The notes below the pieces were generated by a model. It did no database searches. It was not told the DNA's origin and saw nothing but the letters and a program-made list of their open reading frames with translations. The position numbers were made by a program, and so were the translations under genes. DNA of 63,959 nucleotides, filler included, from Octopus bimaculoides (lineage: Eukaryota), in NCBI RefSeq assembly GCF_001194135.2. It is 6 parts of 5 records of this genome, joined end to end, with 100 filler letters (N's around TTAATTAATTAA, not from the genome) between each part and the next. Parts side by side here need not be neighbours in the genome. Positions count along the whole stretch, not along the records: positions 31,739 to 47,082 come from NC_068997.1; positions 47,183 to 54,101 come from NC_069007.1; 4 more parts are not named here. One strand, 5' to 3'. This document shows positions 35,871 through 47,869 of this stretch, piece after piece; position 1 is the first letter of the stretch; every line of letters starts with the position of its first letter.

Positions 35871-36349
35871 CACATAACAAACTACATTCACAACCTCATC
35901 GTCTGGAAATATATAGAAAGTTGTTTTCGTTCTTGTTCAATAGTCTCCAAGTAAAAAATAGTAAAAAATACATACACAGAATCACGCGCGTTTATACACG
36001 TCCCCCACCCACATGCAACATTTTGTGTCGAATCTTTGTACTGTTCACTTTGAACTTTGTCGTCACTTGCAACAGAATTTTTAGTGTATTATTCTTGTTT
36101 GGAAACTAAATCTGGGAATTGTCTCACTGCCATCGTCCGTCTTGTCGTCGTCAATGTCGGTATAGCCGCTATTATCAATGTCATCCGCGTCGTCGTCGTC
36201 GTCGTCGTCATCATCATCATCGAAATGAACATTCTCTTCGTTATTATACTTTTGAAACGTCTCAAAATTTGATAGAGAGAATCATTATCCACTGTAAATT
36301 ACGTATGTATGTATGTATGTATGTATGTATACATGTATGTATGCATTTA

Positions 36350-36740
36350 CGTGTGGTAAGTAGCTTGCTTGCCAACCACATGGTTGCGGGTTCATTCCCA
36401 CTGCGTGGCACCTTGGGCAAGTGTCTTCTACTATAGCCTAGGGCCGACCAAGGCCTTGTGAGTGGATTTGTTAGACGGAAACTGAAAGAAGCCCGTCATA
36501 TATATATATAAATATGTATATATTTGTGTATGTGTGTCTATATGTCTGTCTTTGTCCCCCCCAACATCGCTTTACAGCCGATGGTGTTGTGTTTACGTCC
36601 CCGTGAATTAGCGGTTCGGCGAAAGAGAACAATAGAATAAGTACTAGGCATCCAAAGAATAAGTCCTGGGGTCGATTTTCTCGACTAAAGGTTGTGCACC
36701 AGCATGGCTGCAGTCAAATGACTGAAACAAGTAAAAGAGT
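36350..36740 (+). mobile_element. Full-length SINE family A (CpG-retaining)
   Basis: Complete head and 3' core with cactgcgtgg, cttagcggttcgg-like CpGs intact. Confidence 0.9.
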
Positions 36741-36766
36741 ATATATATATATATATATATATATAT

Positions 36767-37489
36767 AAGCAATGTTAATTCTCTAAATGAAGTATTAACA
36801 GTAACTGCACGATAAAGTGTAGTATATTGCCACTTAAGTGTGGCTGACCCCTAGGGGTGGATGTTACTGTTGCTTTTAGCCCCAGGAGGACATCTCCTCC
36901 AGCTGGCTTATCGACACACGACTGTGTCCTGTTTGCCAAGGGAAGTTATCCCTCTCACCACGATCTGCAGCACGAACGGATCCGGATTTCAGGGTTATTT
37001 CCCTTCGTCGGCGTTCGATAGCTACTGACCTTGGTGAGAGAGACAAAAACCTGGCAATCTTATATCTTCTTTTCCAGTGAAATTCTTCACTGATATCGAA
37101 AAGNNNNNNNNNNGTGAAATTCTTCACTGATATCGAAAAGGTGAAAACAAGCAATGTTAATTCTCTAAATGAAGTATTAACAGTAACTGCACGATAAAGT
37201 GTAGTATATTGCCACTTAAGTGTGGCTGACCCCTAGGGGTGGATGTTACTGTTGCTTTTAGCCCCAGGAGGACATCTCCTCCAGCTGGCTTATCGACACA
37301 CGACTGTGTCCTGTTTGCCAAGGGAAGTTATCCCTCTCACCACGATCTGCAGCACGAACGGATCCGGATTTCAGGGTTATTTCCCTTCGTCGGCGTTCGA
37401 TAGCTACTGACCTTGGTGAGAGAGACAAAAACCTGGCAATCTTATATCTTCTTTTCCAGTGAAATTCTTCACTGATATCGAAAAGGTGA
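36767..37489. repeat. Tandem array of a 345-bp unit (at least 2 copies) embedded in (TA)n
   Basis: Copies 36767-37103 and 37149-37489 are identical by eye; head-to-tail junction ...gaaaaggtgaaaac|aagcaatg is sequenced; 10-N gap inside. Confidence 0.9.
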
Positions 37490-38271
37490 TATATACTGAT
37501 ATATATATATATATATCAGTAATTCCTCGCCATGTCGCCATGCACCTATCGCGGGGCTTTTTGGATCTTATCAACCCTTCTGTGTATTCGTCTCCGATTC
37601 TCATTCTAAATATTCACAACAACCTTCCATGCTCCGAAATGCAAACCTCCAAATGTTTATATATTTCCTTTCTCACTCTTCCTGGAACCTCCGACTTGGA
37701 GATATTCAAATTGAACACTAATCCATTGCATCTCACCATTCACTTCATAGTGTAGCATAATGCTTGTCATTTTTCACTTCCTATGTTTCTCTTCATAATC
37801 TACCAACAACAACAACAACAAACAACTATTTAGCCGTAAGCTGCAGTTGACTCCAAGACCGTCCAGAGATCTTTTCTAGGTTTCTGTGCACTGGTATTAA
37901 AATTTTTACTTTAGCATAACAATTGTTAACTATTTTTAATAGAATGAAATAAGATTAAGATAATAAAACAACCTACCCCCCAAAAAAACGAAAAAAATAA
38001 TCTTCGTAAATAATTACCTACAACTGAAGCCAAACAGTTTGACCTTTGACATTTGTTACAAGAAAGGCAATGGTATCATATCAAAAACAAACGATATTCA
38101 TAATATTTAATCTGCATAATAATAATAATAATGATAATAATAATAATAATGATAATAATGATGATGATGATGATGATGATGATAACATTATAATTTTCTT
38201 ATGTTTTCTTAAACATTCTCTAGAACAATATTATGTGCAAAAACAAATATATGTCACCGTAGGCATAATAC

Positions 38272-38334
38272 CAATTTGAACTTCAAACTTGTTGTCTCCT
38301 GAGGTCTCTGGGTGAGACTTGGAGTCAGCTTCTA
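38272..38334 (-). CDS. Candidate 63-nt exon: (V/L)EADSKSHPETSGDNKFEVQI
   Basis: Acceptor tgtttgacttttgctttatattag|tag (NAGNAG), GC-richer hydrophilic ORF, weaker donor TTG|gtatta; the frame could instead run on to a stop at 38231. Confidence 0.4.
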
Positions 38335-38356
38335 CTAATATAAAGCAAAAGTCAAA

Positions 38357-38365
38357 CATATAATA

Positions 38366-38428
<63 letters not shown>
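38357..38428. repeat. (AAT)n microsatellite; (TAG)n(CAA)n also at 38665-38744
   Basis: Direct reading. Confidence 0.95.
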
Positions 38429-38429
<1 letters not shown>

Positions 38430-38663
38430 AAATAAGTGTCTTCAAATGGCACTTACTTTATCGACCTGAAAAGGGTGAAAGGCAAAGTCGAACTCGGCCG
38501 AATGATGATGATAATAATAATCCTTTCTAATATAAGCACAAGGCCTGAAATTGTAGGGGATGGGACTAGTCGATTAAATCCACCCCAGTGTTTCACTGGT
38601 ACTTAATTTATTGAACCCCCACCCCGAAAGTATGAAAGGCAAAGTCGACCTCAGCGGAATTAC

Positions 38664-38710
<47 letters not shown>

Positions 38711-38712
38711 AT

Positions 38713-38743
<31 letters not shown>

Positions 38744-39416
38744 CGGTGAATACGACATAAGATTAATAAACGGAGTAGAGAGATTGGCTTGTCCACATGC
38801 ATAATTGTTAGCTATGGGGTTTTATTTATATGATTTGTATCAATTTATTTATTTGTTTATTTATATATCTTCAGTTTTACAAATTACTTTACACAGTTGT
38901 ACTCTACTGTAAGGATTTCCGTTAGAATCTCCTTTGCGAAGGCGATACAAGGTGGGAGGGTTGTGAAACAAGGAATTTTGATATTGTTTTGATTGCGTGT
39001 GTGTGTTTTAATTGTAATGTCTAAGGTTTCTTTTATTAGTAGATTTCGTAAATAGGTTTTCGACGGGACACGTTAATAGGATACCTTCAGGGAATCGTTG
39101 GACTTAGAATTTGTATGGGTTTATATTGAAAGAATTGTCTGTCGATAACTTGGTTGTCACTGTATTATTATCCTACGGTACAGCCAGCTCATTTTACAGG
39201 TGTTGTGTGTGACTATCTAAGGTTTGTAGAGACAATAAGAAGGAAGTAATATTAGTCTTTTTTTCATCATGTTTTCTGTGTAAAGGATAATGCTTTTCTT
39301 TCAGTTTTTTTTACCTCCGTAATTGTACATCTAAAGTTACTAGGTTTTACCCAGATTCTACAATTCTAAAATAATTAGTATTTGTTATCTATCTATCTAT
39401 CTATCTATCAATCAAT

Positions 39417-39486
<70 letters not shown>

Positions 39487-39807
39487 NNNNNNNNNNNNNN
39501 NNNNNNNNNNNNNNNNNNNNNNNNNNNNNNNNNNNNNNNNNNNNNNNNNNNNNNNNNNNNNNNNNNNNNNNNNNNNNNNNNNNNNNNNNNNNNNNNNNNN
39601 NNNNNNNNNNNNNNNNNNNNNNNNNNNNNNNNNNNNNNNNNNNNNNNNNNNNNNNATATATAAGGTTGTGTGTGTATGTGTGCATACGTATGTGTGCGCG
39701 CACGCGTGTGTACTTTAATGTATGTTCATTTACAAATCTTTTTGCGATAAAGCAGTTGCAGACATGTCTTCGTTTTGCTTGCTTTTGATTCGTTCCAATT
39801 CACTTAC

Positions 39808-39893
39808 GATATGGTAGCAATATTAACACGGTTTGATCAAGCACAAGGAGACACGAGTAGCCCATCGCCAGGCATTCTTTGCAGTCGGCTGAC
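39808..39893 (-). CDS. Candidate 86-nt (alternative) exon; contains ATG 39865 in good context: MGYSCLLVLDQTVLILLPY(L)
   Basis: Acceptor cccttgtatgttttgtag| (39894-39895), donor TATC|gtaagt; only one frame is open end-to-end. Confidence 0.38.
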
Positions 39894-40742
39894 CTACAAA
39901 ACATACAAGGGCAATCTTTCTCATAAAATTCGTAGTGCACATATGAGGAAACAAAGCCGCACTCTACAATGTAATAATGTGTCGTACTGTAAACACAATT
40001 GCTGGAACTTTAGGAGAGAGAGCTTGACGATTACATCGACCCCAGTGCTCAACTGGTTCTTATTTGGTCAACCCCCAAAATAATGGAAGGCAAAATGAAC
40101 CTTGATGGAGTTTGAACTGTGAATGTTGAAAACGGAGGAAATGTCAATAAGTCTTTTGATCGGCAACGTTAGCACGCCAGGCTTAACGGTATTTGGGTCT
40201 GCTGCTACGTTCTGAGTTCAAATTCCGCCGAGGTCGACTTTGCCTTTCATCCTTTCGGGGTCGATTAAATAAGTACCAGTTACGCACTGAGGTCGACTTA
40301 GTCTCTTTTTCAATCTTTGTTTGTCCCCTCTGTGTTTAGCTCCCCTTGTAGACGGGTTGATCACAACTAGAATGTCTACGATTATAACTATTTTCAGCCA
40401 TTATTAATTTGGTCATGAACAAAACAAATTACAATAAAAACTGTAGCCATTGCCAGAGGAAAGCGATTTCGTGTATATTATGATATCAAGATAACACACC
40501 CCAAATATGATAGGTATTCTTATAATAGTAGTGTTAAAATGGAGGTATAGATTTAAATTTCGAACTTAAAAGTCTAGGTAAAGTATAAAAGACGGTAATG
40601 CAATCCAATTAATTGTAACTTTAAAACAAATGGTACACCGGAAGCAAACATGGACATATGTAACATATTTAAGAGAAAAAATGGGGATGTTGGTTGTATA
40701 TAATACAAGTATATCGATGTTATATAATCCGTACATATTTAC

Positions 40743-40805
40743 CTTGTATAAGTAAAAGAACAATGGAAATAGTTGGTAAACACAGAAAACAGATTTTTCT
40801 TGAAA
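40743..40805 (-). CDS. Candidate 63-nt exon encoding a signal-peptide-like h-region: SRKICFLCLPTISIVLLLIQ
   Basis: Acceptor ttttatttgtctgctaccctcattag|, donor CAAG|gtaaat; phase 1-1 in this frame (all three frames are open, so frame is inferred). Confidence 0.42.
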
Positions 40806-41579
40806 CTAATGAGGGTAGCAGACAAATAAAAGTTTCCGGACGTAATTGTAATAAGTGTATAGATTGATGAGATTTTGCAAAGAGAGACAATAAATGTCAG
40901 TAGCATGAAAATGATAAATGGGTGTTAAAACTTCTGAAAAATAAAGGATACGACAAGTACTTTCAAAAGAGTAAACAAGATACAAACTTATATAGTCTAC
41001 ATAGGCGTACATGTCTATGTAGATAACATTCTGTTATATATATATACATATATATAACAAAGGGGGAAATATCAATTCATTACAGCTGTTTCCAACGAAT
41101 TTTTTAACTGATTAATTAGTATATTATATCATTATAAAAAAAAAACGTTTGATTCAGGTGAAACATTTGAAATCCACGGCATGTGCATATTTTGTCATTC
41201 CACGATCATCGTTTGACCACCTCTCTCGAAACTTGCTTCTCCCGTATTTCGAAATACATTATAGATCATATATTTAATATAATGTCCGTTTCTGAACTAG
41301 CTGAAGAGCTGATAATATACTTATTTGGTTTCAATTAACTGTATACATAACCTGGATATCTTTCTGCCTGTACTTCGGTACTAACCAACGTTTGTATTCC
41401 TCTATAGTTGTTGTCTATGCATCTTAATTTTGACTCGACCCAGTGCCTTATTCACCTGAATCTTAATATATTTTGTCTAATAGTTTAACTCCAGGTAGGT
41501 TTTGCGACAGCTGGTTATCGGTACAACACTCTGAACCCTTTATATACAGTACAATATATATATTGTATAAATGGCGCAG

Positions 41580-41750
41580 ATTATCGCACCGATAAACAGC
41601 TGCGGAGAATCTGCCTGGCGTTATACAAGTAGTACCATTCTACTGCCACTTTGATGTGACGACAAGACGAAGACGTGTATAAACAACAAAACGCTCGGGA
41701 AGGTAAGAAACTCTTTTACATTTCGAGCCTACGCTCTTCAACAGAAGGGA
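41580..41750 (-). mobile_element. Penelope-like element terminal fragment with a variant minimal hammerhead-like motif
   Basis: Minus strand CTGTTGA-A-GAGC-GTAG-GCTC-GAAA-TGT-A-AAAG at ~41713-41748. Confidence 0.5.
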
Positions 41751-42330
41751 ACATGCGGATATATATATATATAACATAATGTAATTAATATAATCCTTGT
41801 ATGTGAGTATGTGTGTCGGTGAGTTGGCTTAATCGTTAACATCACGAACTAAATGCTTTGTGACATTTCTTCCGGCACTTTATGTTATGATTTCAAATCT
41901 CACCAAGGTAACAATTGTCTTTGCCTTTCATCTCGTTAGATTCCATAAATATAATGTCAGACAACATGGGCCAAGTATGTGCCTTGTTGTATCTGTTAGG
42001 TCTCTGTAGATTCTGTGTTTGCGGCTCGTCTTCTGCTTCCGATAAAACGGTTCGTTCTGCATCTTCTAAAGCAATGAATGTTTTGATGAATTAAATAACT
42101 AGCCGAGGAATTCAGCTGATTTTCTTAGATAACAGCAGATTATCTGGATGGAAAATTTGAAGTGATCTTCAGATATACCTANNNNNNNNNNNNNNNNNNN
42201 NNNNNNNNNNNNNNNNNNNNNNNNNNNNNNNNNNNNNNNNNNNNNNNNNNNNNNNNNNNNNNNNNNNNNNNNNNNNNNNNNNNNNNTATATATATATATA
42301 TAAATATATACATAATCTGTCTATATATAT

Positions 42331-42331
42331 T

Positions 42332-42369
<38 letters not shown>

Positions 42370-42399
42370 GAGATAGATAGATAGATAGATAGATTGATT

Positions 42400-42440
<41 letters not shown>
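42331..42440. repeat. (GATA)n microsatellite; (TCTA)n also at 44483-44562
   Basis: Direct reading. Confidence 0.95.
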
Positions 42441-43026
42441 TTGTAGATGCAGTATAAATATCCTCCACGCAATAAAACTATTTATACGTTACCTCATCTA
42501 TTAAATTCACTTTATTTATTCCGTCACATTTAATTTTTACATGCTTTTGCACCAGGCAACCGTCTAACTGCCAATTCAATCTGATTTGCAAATATTAATT
42601 AGATCTAAACTATTTTTTATGTCCCTCAGTAAAATTCTATCAGATAAGCTCTCCTTTATTAAGCTTCTATGATTAATTGTCTAAACCACCCATCAATTCC
42701 TCTAACATGTACAACAATAAATTATTTAGGTTTTCTCCTAAACCTTAATTTATTTAGTTTCACACATCTATATGCACGTCTAAAATTTGGAATTGGACAA
42801 TGATGGACACTTTCTATCTTTACCACTGCCGCTTACTTTTGAATTATCAGGTAATGTCCATTTCTATAACTAAAGAAATTGATTAAATCTTCTAACAATT
42901 GTGTTTGTTTCTCTCCTTAATTACCATGTAGTATTTTTTCCTATTATTAATAGTTTTCTTTATCGAGCTATTCTATATTTGCTTCCTCTTAGTTTCTTCT
43001 CTTCATTTATTGTCTTTTTTTCTTAC

Positions 43027-43054
43027 CTATATTTTTTCTCTGAAAGTTCCTCAT
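43027..43054 (-). CDS. Candidate start exon (exon 43027-43061, ATG at 43054): MRNFQRKNI(V)
   Basis: Acceptor ttgacaattctcaatctgtctgtttctcatgtag| (43062-43063), A at -3 of the ATG, donor ATAG|gtaaga, phase 1. Confidence 0.42.
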
Positions 43055-43789
43055 GATTTAGCTACATGAGAAACAGACAGATTGAGAATTGTCAACAAAA
43101 ATTTACATAAATGTTTTCCACTTTCTCATTATGGCATTCAGTCCTTTATTTGGATTGTGAATTTTCCTTCCTTTAGACACAAGGAGTTACCAAGAAACAC
43201 ACACATACATGTATGTATGTGTATATATATTATGATAAGATATAAACATAATTTTCTGTTTAACACTAATATTATGTGGAGCTTTGAATTACCAGTTTCA
43301 CAAAATCACAGAAATATTTTTGATACAAAATATTGGTGTCATATTTTTGGTACAAGGCCAGAAATTTCTGGGAAGGGGCTATGTCGATTACATCAACCCC
43401 CAATATTCAACTGGTACTTATTTTATCGATCCCGAAAGGATAAAAAATAAAACCAACCTCCACGGATATTTGAACTCGGAACATAAAGACGGACGAAATA
43501 CCGCAAAGCATTTTGCTCGGCATGGAGTCTCGCTGCCCAGTATGTTTCTTTGATTTAGAATATTAGAAATTAAAAATACTAGAAAAGATCAAAAATAAGA
43601 ATACGTAAGAATCAGGATTTTATCTAAAAGAATTCCTAATGGGAATAAGTTAAGTTAGGCTAACTGAAACAAAGATAAATTGGCAAAATAGTAAATTGAA
43701 GACTGATCCATTTATGAAACCAACTTTGCAATGAAAACGTAATGCATTTGTTATTACAGAAATAATAAAAAGTTTATATACCCGCTCAA

Positions 43790-43847
43790 TTATATATATA
43801 TGTGTATATATATATATATATGCGTGTGCGTGTGTATATATATATAC

Positions 43848-43901
<54 letters not shown>

Positions 43902-43952
43902 ATGTATATATGCATGCATGTATGTGTGTATGTATGTATGTATGTATGTATG

Positions 43953-43981
<29 letters not shown>
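43790..43981. repeat. (TA)n/(TATG)n microsatellite
   Basis: Direct reading. Confidence 0.95.
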
Positions 43982-43983
<2 letters not shown>

Positions 43984-44165
43984 GAGTTTATATAAACTAG
44001 CAGACATACCATGAGTCAAAGTCACAAGAACCTTGTTCAGCTTTAATGTAGGGAACCGCAAAATTCGCCATACTAAAATATTATGTAATATCTGGAATCG
44101 ATATGCTTCTCTATATAATAGGAACCCAGGCTATATCTGTTTCTTTCCGGGAGTAAGCGGCTCAC

Positions 44166-44196
44166 TTCCGGTTTTATAATTGGTGCATATTTGTGT
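44166..44196 (-). other. Candidate 31-nt exon (probable 5'UTR, or HKYAPIIKPE in an alternative frame) of an unnamed minus-strand gene
   Basis: Long polypyrimidine acceptor ...ttcgttctctgtcttctatttctctctgcacag| and donor GAA|gtgagc. Confidence 0.4.
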
Positions 44197-44484
44197 CTGT
44201 GCAGAGAGAAATAGAAGACAGAGAACGAAAGTAGCAGGGTTAATGGTCACAAAAATAGAAAGAGCGTAATCGAGGGTATGCACTTGTACAAAATACACAT
44301 ATACATGTACACAAGTGCAAATATGCATATTTACAGCAGCAAATTTTTGCCTCCTGATTTTAAGTTTCTCTCAGTATTATGTTGAATTTGCTTTCCTTTT
44401 GTTATTGATTCTTAATTTTATCCTCTCTCTCTCCCTCCCTATTTCTCTCTTTACCCCGTCTCCTTTTCTCTCCATCTCTCTCTG

Positions 44485-44563
<79 letters not shown>

Positions 44564-44752
44564 CTGATTTGTTCTCTCTCTGCATAAGGTGTTTTATACA
44601 CGCATGTGTGTTTGCATGTGTATGTATGAATGTTCGACTATGTGTGCCAGTGTATGTACCGTGCCATCTTAAAAATGAAAAAGCACATTCGAAAATGACG
44701 ATTCGGGTGATTAAAAAAGGCGAAAGCTGACGGCCGGAAGGATTTCATGACA

Positions 44753-45200
44753 GGCTAATTCCACTCCAATTCACTCCAGCCTGACCATGGATGCACAGAT
44801 TCAAATGCAGATTCAAAGACTAATTGAAGTCCTCCTTCCTTCAAGGTGGCATCAGCCTTAACACCTGGGAAACAGAAGATGCTGACCGTCCTTCCCGGCG
44901 AAGTAACGAAAAGAAAGAAAGGCGTGTAGATGACAGCAGAGAGATGGAGATGATTACTTCCAATCATAGAGCAGTTGTGTTTCTGGGTACACCTGTGGTG
45001 AAAGCTGCATCCACTTTTATGAGCCACATACCAAGAGACAGAGAGCCCTATGGAAGCATTCTGGTTCTTCTAGAACTAAGAAGTCTAGTTAAAGTAACTC
45101 CACAGAGAAATTCTTGACTATCAATCCCCCTTTATGATAGCAAGGGCAGACGGTCGATAAAGACTATTTTGTGGACGTTTTGAGAGAATTCAGGAAGATA
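44753..45200 (-). mobile_element. Decayed CR1/L2/Jockey-like LINE 3' end
   Basis: Frameshifted minus-strand segments resembling the post-RT region (HRR..S.L.FY..., PR...LWN.LP..VFP); short repeated tail at 44753-44820. Confidence 0.5.
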
Positions 45201-46172
45201 TTTTATCGCAAAACACCTGAGATCTTCCGCTCAATTTGGTGGCACTTACACCAGAACAATTCACCAGGGCAGAGTTTCATCCTGTTGACCAGCTACTTGA
45301 TAGAGTTGGGAGAGCAAGTACCTTTATGTTCGGTGAGGTTAATAATTTTTGTTTATCTACCATTCATTCTAATTACAGTATATAATATCTTCATAGCTAC
45401 GTTTCGTCTTTTCAATTGAGCTATTAATATAGTGGTCAACCGTTGCGCTAGCTGGTTGGTGTTATTGTGTTCAGTAGAATTTCAGTTATGTTGATCGTAA
45501 TATGAACTAATTTAGTATCTGCTTTCCGTTTTATCTAAATCTGCTTAGTAGACGTTAATGGAATTGTTAATAAGCAATGTTTTTATGAGTGTTTAATTGA
45601 TATTCATTCAGTGTAGTGACATTTAAGTAGCATTCTTATTTTGCTCTGTTTCTGTAGTTTCTGGTTTAGAAAGCTACATACGTGTTGTGGGGAATCCCTT
45701 CTACTATAAATTTGATCTTGATATTTCTAATCATTTCCCGGGAGATTTTAAATACATGTTGACAACGGAATGTTCTGCTTGGTAGCGAAACCTTAACGAT
45801 TTCCAATCATGTAGCTGACGATTTCTGCTCATTTAAATTTCTTATTTATTATCATTATCTTGTGATTGTAGTAGTTTGCGCGTTTCATATTACGCAAGTG
45901 CTTGTATTTTATTTCCTTCTTCCGGGTAGTTTATTTTCTTCAGCAGTCGGATATCATCCCTATTGCCATTTTAGCTGTGCAGGATTTTATAATCTGCTAA
46001 GGGTCAATGTATAGTCTAATCATATCTATTGTGTTTTAGTTCATATGGCTAAGGAGTCAAAAGGGTCAAATATCTAATTCCATCTACTTCGAGGCTTTAG
46101 TTTATTAGTGTCAGTTTGTGGAGACTTTATTGGTTAAAGGATTAGTTAGGTTAGGCTATAACGTAACACACA

Positions 46173-46225
<53 letters not shown>

Positions 46226-46925
46226 GTAAATATAGTAAGGCATTTATTTTATCAGTCTTCACCGCTTCTGCCAATGCTCCGACCTTAATTTAACAACAAC
46301 AACAAAAACAACGTCAAAGATAACAAGAGCTAAAACAATTACACAAGCTAGAACACGAAAAACAACAAAAACAACAGCAACTGCTGCAATGACAACAATA
46401 AGCAAAATGCACAACTTCCATGATACAGGTAATGTTTCCTTTCAGACTAGAATAGTTTGAGCTGGAATTTTTCACCAACACACGCTTACACACACGAGCA
46501 ACATAAACGCACAGAGACGCGCGCACACAATAACACCCTCACACAGACACATTCACACTAACGCATACACAATCATATACACACACCAGCACACACCCAC
46601 ACACGTTATATCAAGAATGAAAAATGTACAAATGCATTCCATTCGACTTGAGACGGAATAAATTTCGGAAAAATCAAAAAGCCTAGATGAAAAGTGAGAA
46701 CGATTGCGGCGAAGATAAACGACGTCTCGCGTGCTGCAGGAATTTTGTCCAAGACATATGGATTATGATGAACAGGCTAAATGATATAGACAAGAAAGCC
46801 GAGGTCAAACATGAAGAACACAGAAAAGAAAGAACATAAAAAAGAAAAAAAAAAAGGAAAAATTTAATATACAAATGGACGTCGAGTTAAAAACGAGCAA
46901 ATCAGTCTGAGCGAGGATTAGGAAG

Positions 46926-46956
<31 letters not shown>

Positions 46957-47037
46957 GGGAAGGAACAATGGCAAAGTACTTGAAGTATATGTGTGTGTGT
47001 GTGCGTGTGTGTGTTTGTGAGTGACATATATATATAG

Positions 47038-47082
<45 letters not shown>

Positions 47083-47182
47083 NNNNNNNNNNNNNNNNNN
47101 NNNNNNNNNNNNNNNNNNNNNNNNNNTTAATTAATTAANNNNNNNNNNNNNNNNNNNNNNNNNNNNNNNNNNNNNNNNNNNN
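47083..47182. other. Assembly join: N44-TTAATTAATTAA-N44
   Basis: Same 100-bp linker. Confidence 0.95.
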
Positions 47183-47299
47183 TATATATATATGTATGTA
47201 TATGTATATATATGTATATATATATATATTCTTTTATATGGTTCGGCCTTGAAGCTGCGACCATGTTGGTGCACCGCAATTGTAATCAACTTTTAATTG

Positions 47300-47510
47300 G
47301 CCAATTCTATACGTTTGGCTTTTGGTGATGGTGGGATTTTGACAGCACTGCTCTCTTTTGCGTTTCCTGCCTTGATATTAGTCAAGCGGTCAAGTTCTTT
47401 CTTGAAAACATCTACTACTTGATGGGAATCCCTCAGATGATTTGGCAAGGAGTTAAATAGCTGTGAACCCTTGAATCCCAAGCTATTGCAGTACATTGCA
47501 TATCGTTTTT
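47300..47510 (-). mobile_element. CR1/L2-like LINE ORF2 C-terminal fragment
   Basis: NSLGFKGSQLFNSLPNHLRD..VDVFKKELDR motif. Confidence 0.65.
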
Positions 47511-47869
47511 GCGATAATGACGTATCTATAAAGAGTTAGTATCTTGAAATGTTGAGGCTGCTGTTAATCACATGATGTCTTCGCCGGAAATTAAAATATA
47601 ATCTACATTTTCGTTTGCATCTCAGAGTTTTAAGATCTTTACTACCCCGTTTGTTTATTGGGTATTGCGTATTTCCTGTGGTTCAATTCAAAATGCATAG
47701 CTTTCGAATTGCGATCTGATGTAGGGATCATTATTCCAATAAGGGCTGCTCTTCAGGTTGATCTTATTCTCTTTTTCAAGTCTTCGGGAAACATATCTAT
47801 CTACAGTCTTTTTTTAAATTTCTTTTGTATGTTCAGTGATTCACATCCAGGTCTTCTTTGTATATATGC

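Noticed and set aside
31884-35954. Many long ORFs of [12 protein letters not shown] or X runs (also 22628-23530, 39382-39703, 42162-42472, 43650-44061, 49219-49938, 58644-59084, 61517-62864)
   Set aside because: Translations of dinucleotide microsatellites and N gaps; no coding signal.
36125-36291. Asp-rich frame (NNEENVHFDDD...DKTDDG) with donor GGCA|gtgaga and acceptor tttacag|, attractive as a continuation of the secreted-protein model
   Set aside because: The Asp frame has a TGA just after the good acceptor, and the tract resembles other degenerate non-coding GAT repeats (25640-25760); kept out unless junction reads appear.
37455-37489. CTGATATCGAAA as a hammerhead core in the 345-bp unit
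   Set aside because: Lacks G8A9, stem II and a valid stem III/NUH.
46686-46838. 50-aa plus-strand ORF MKSENDCGEDKRRLACC...
   Set aside because: No recognisable motif or splice support; runs into an A-rich tract.
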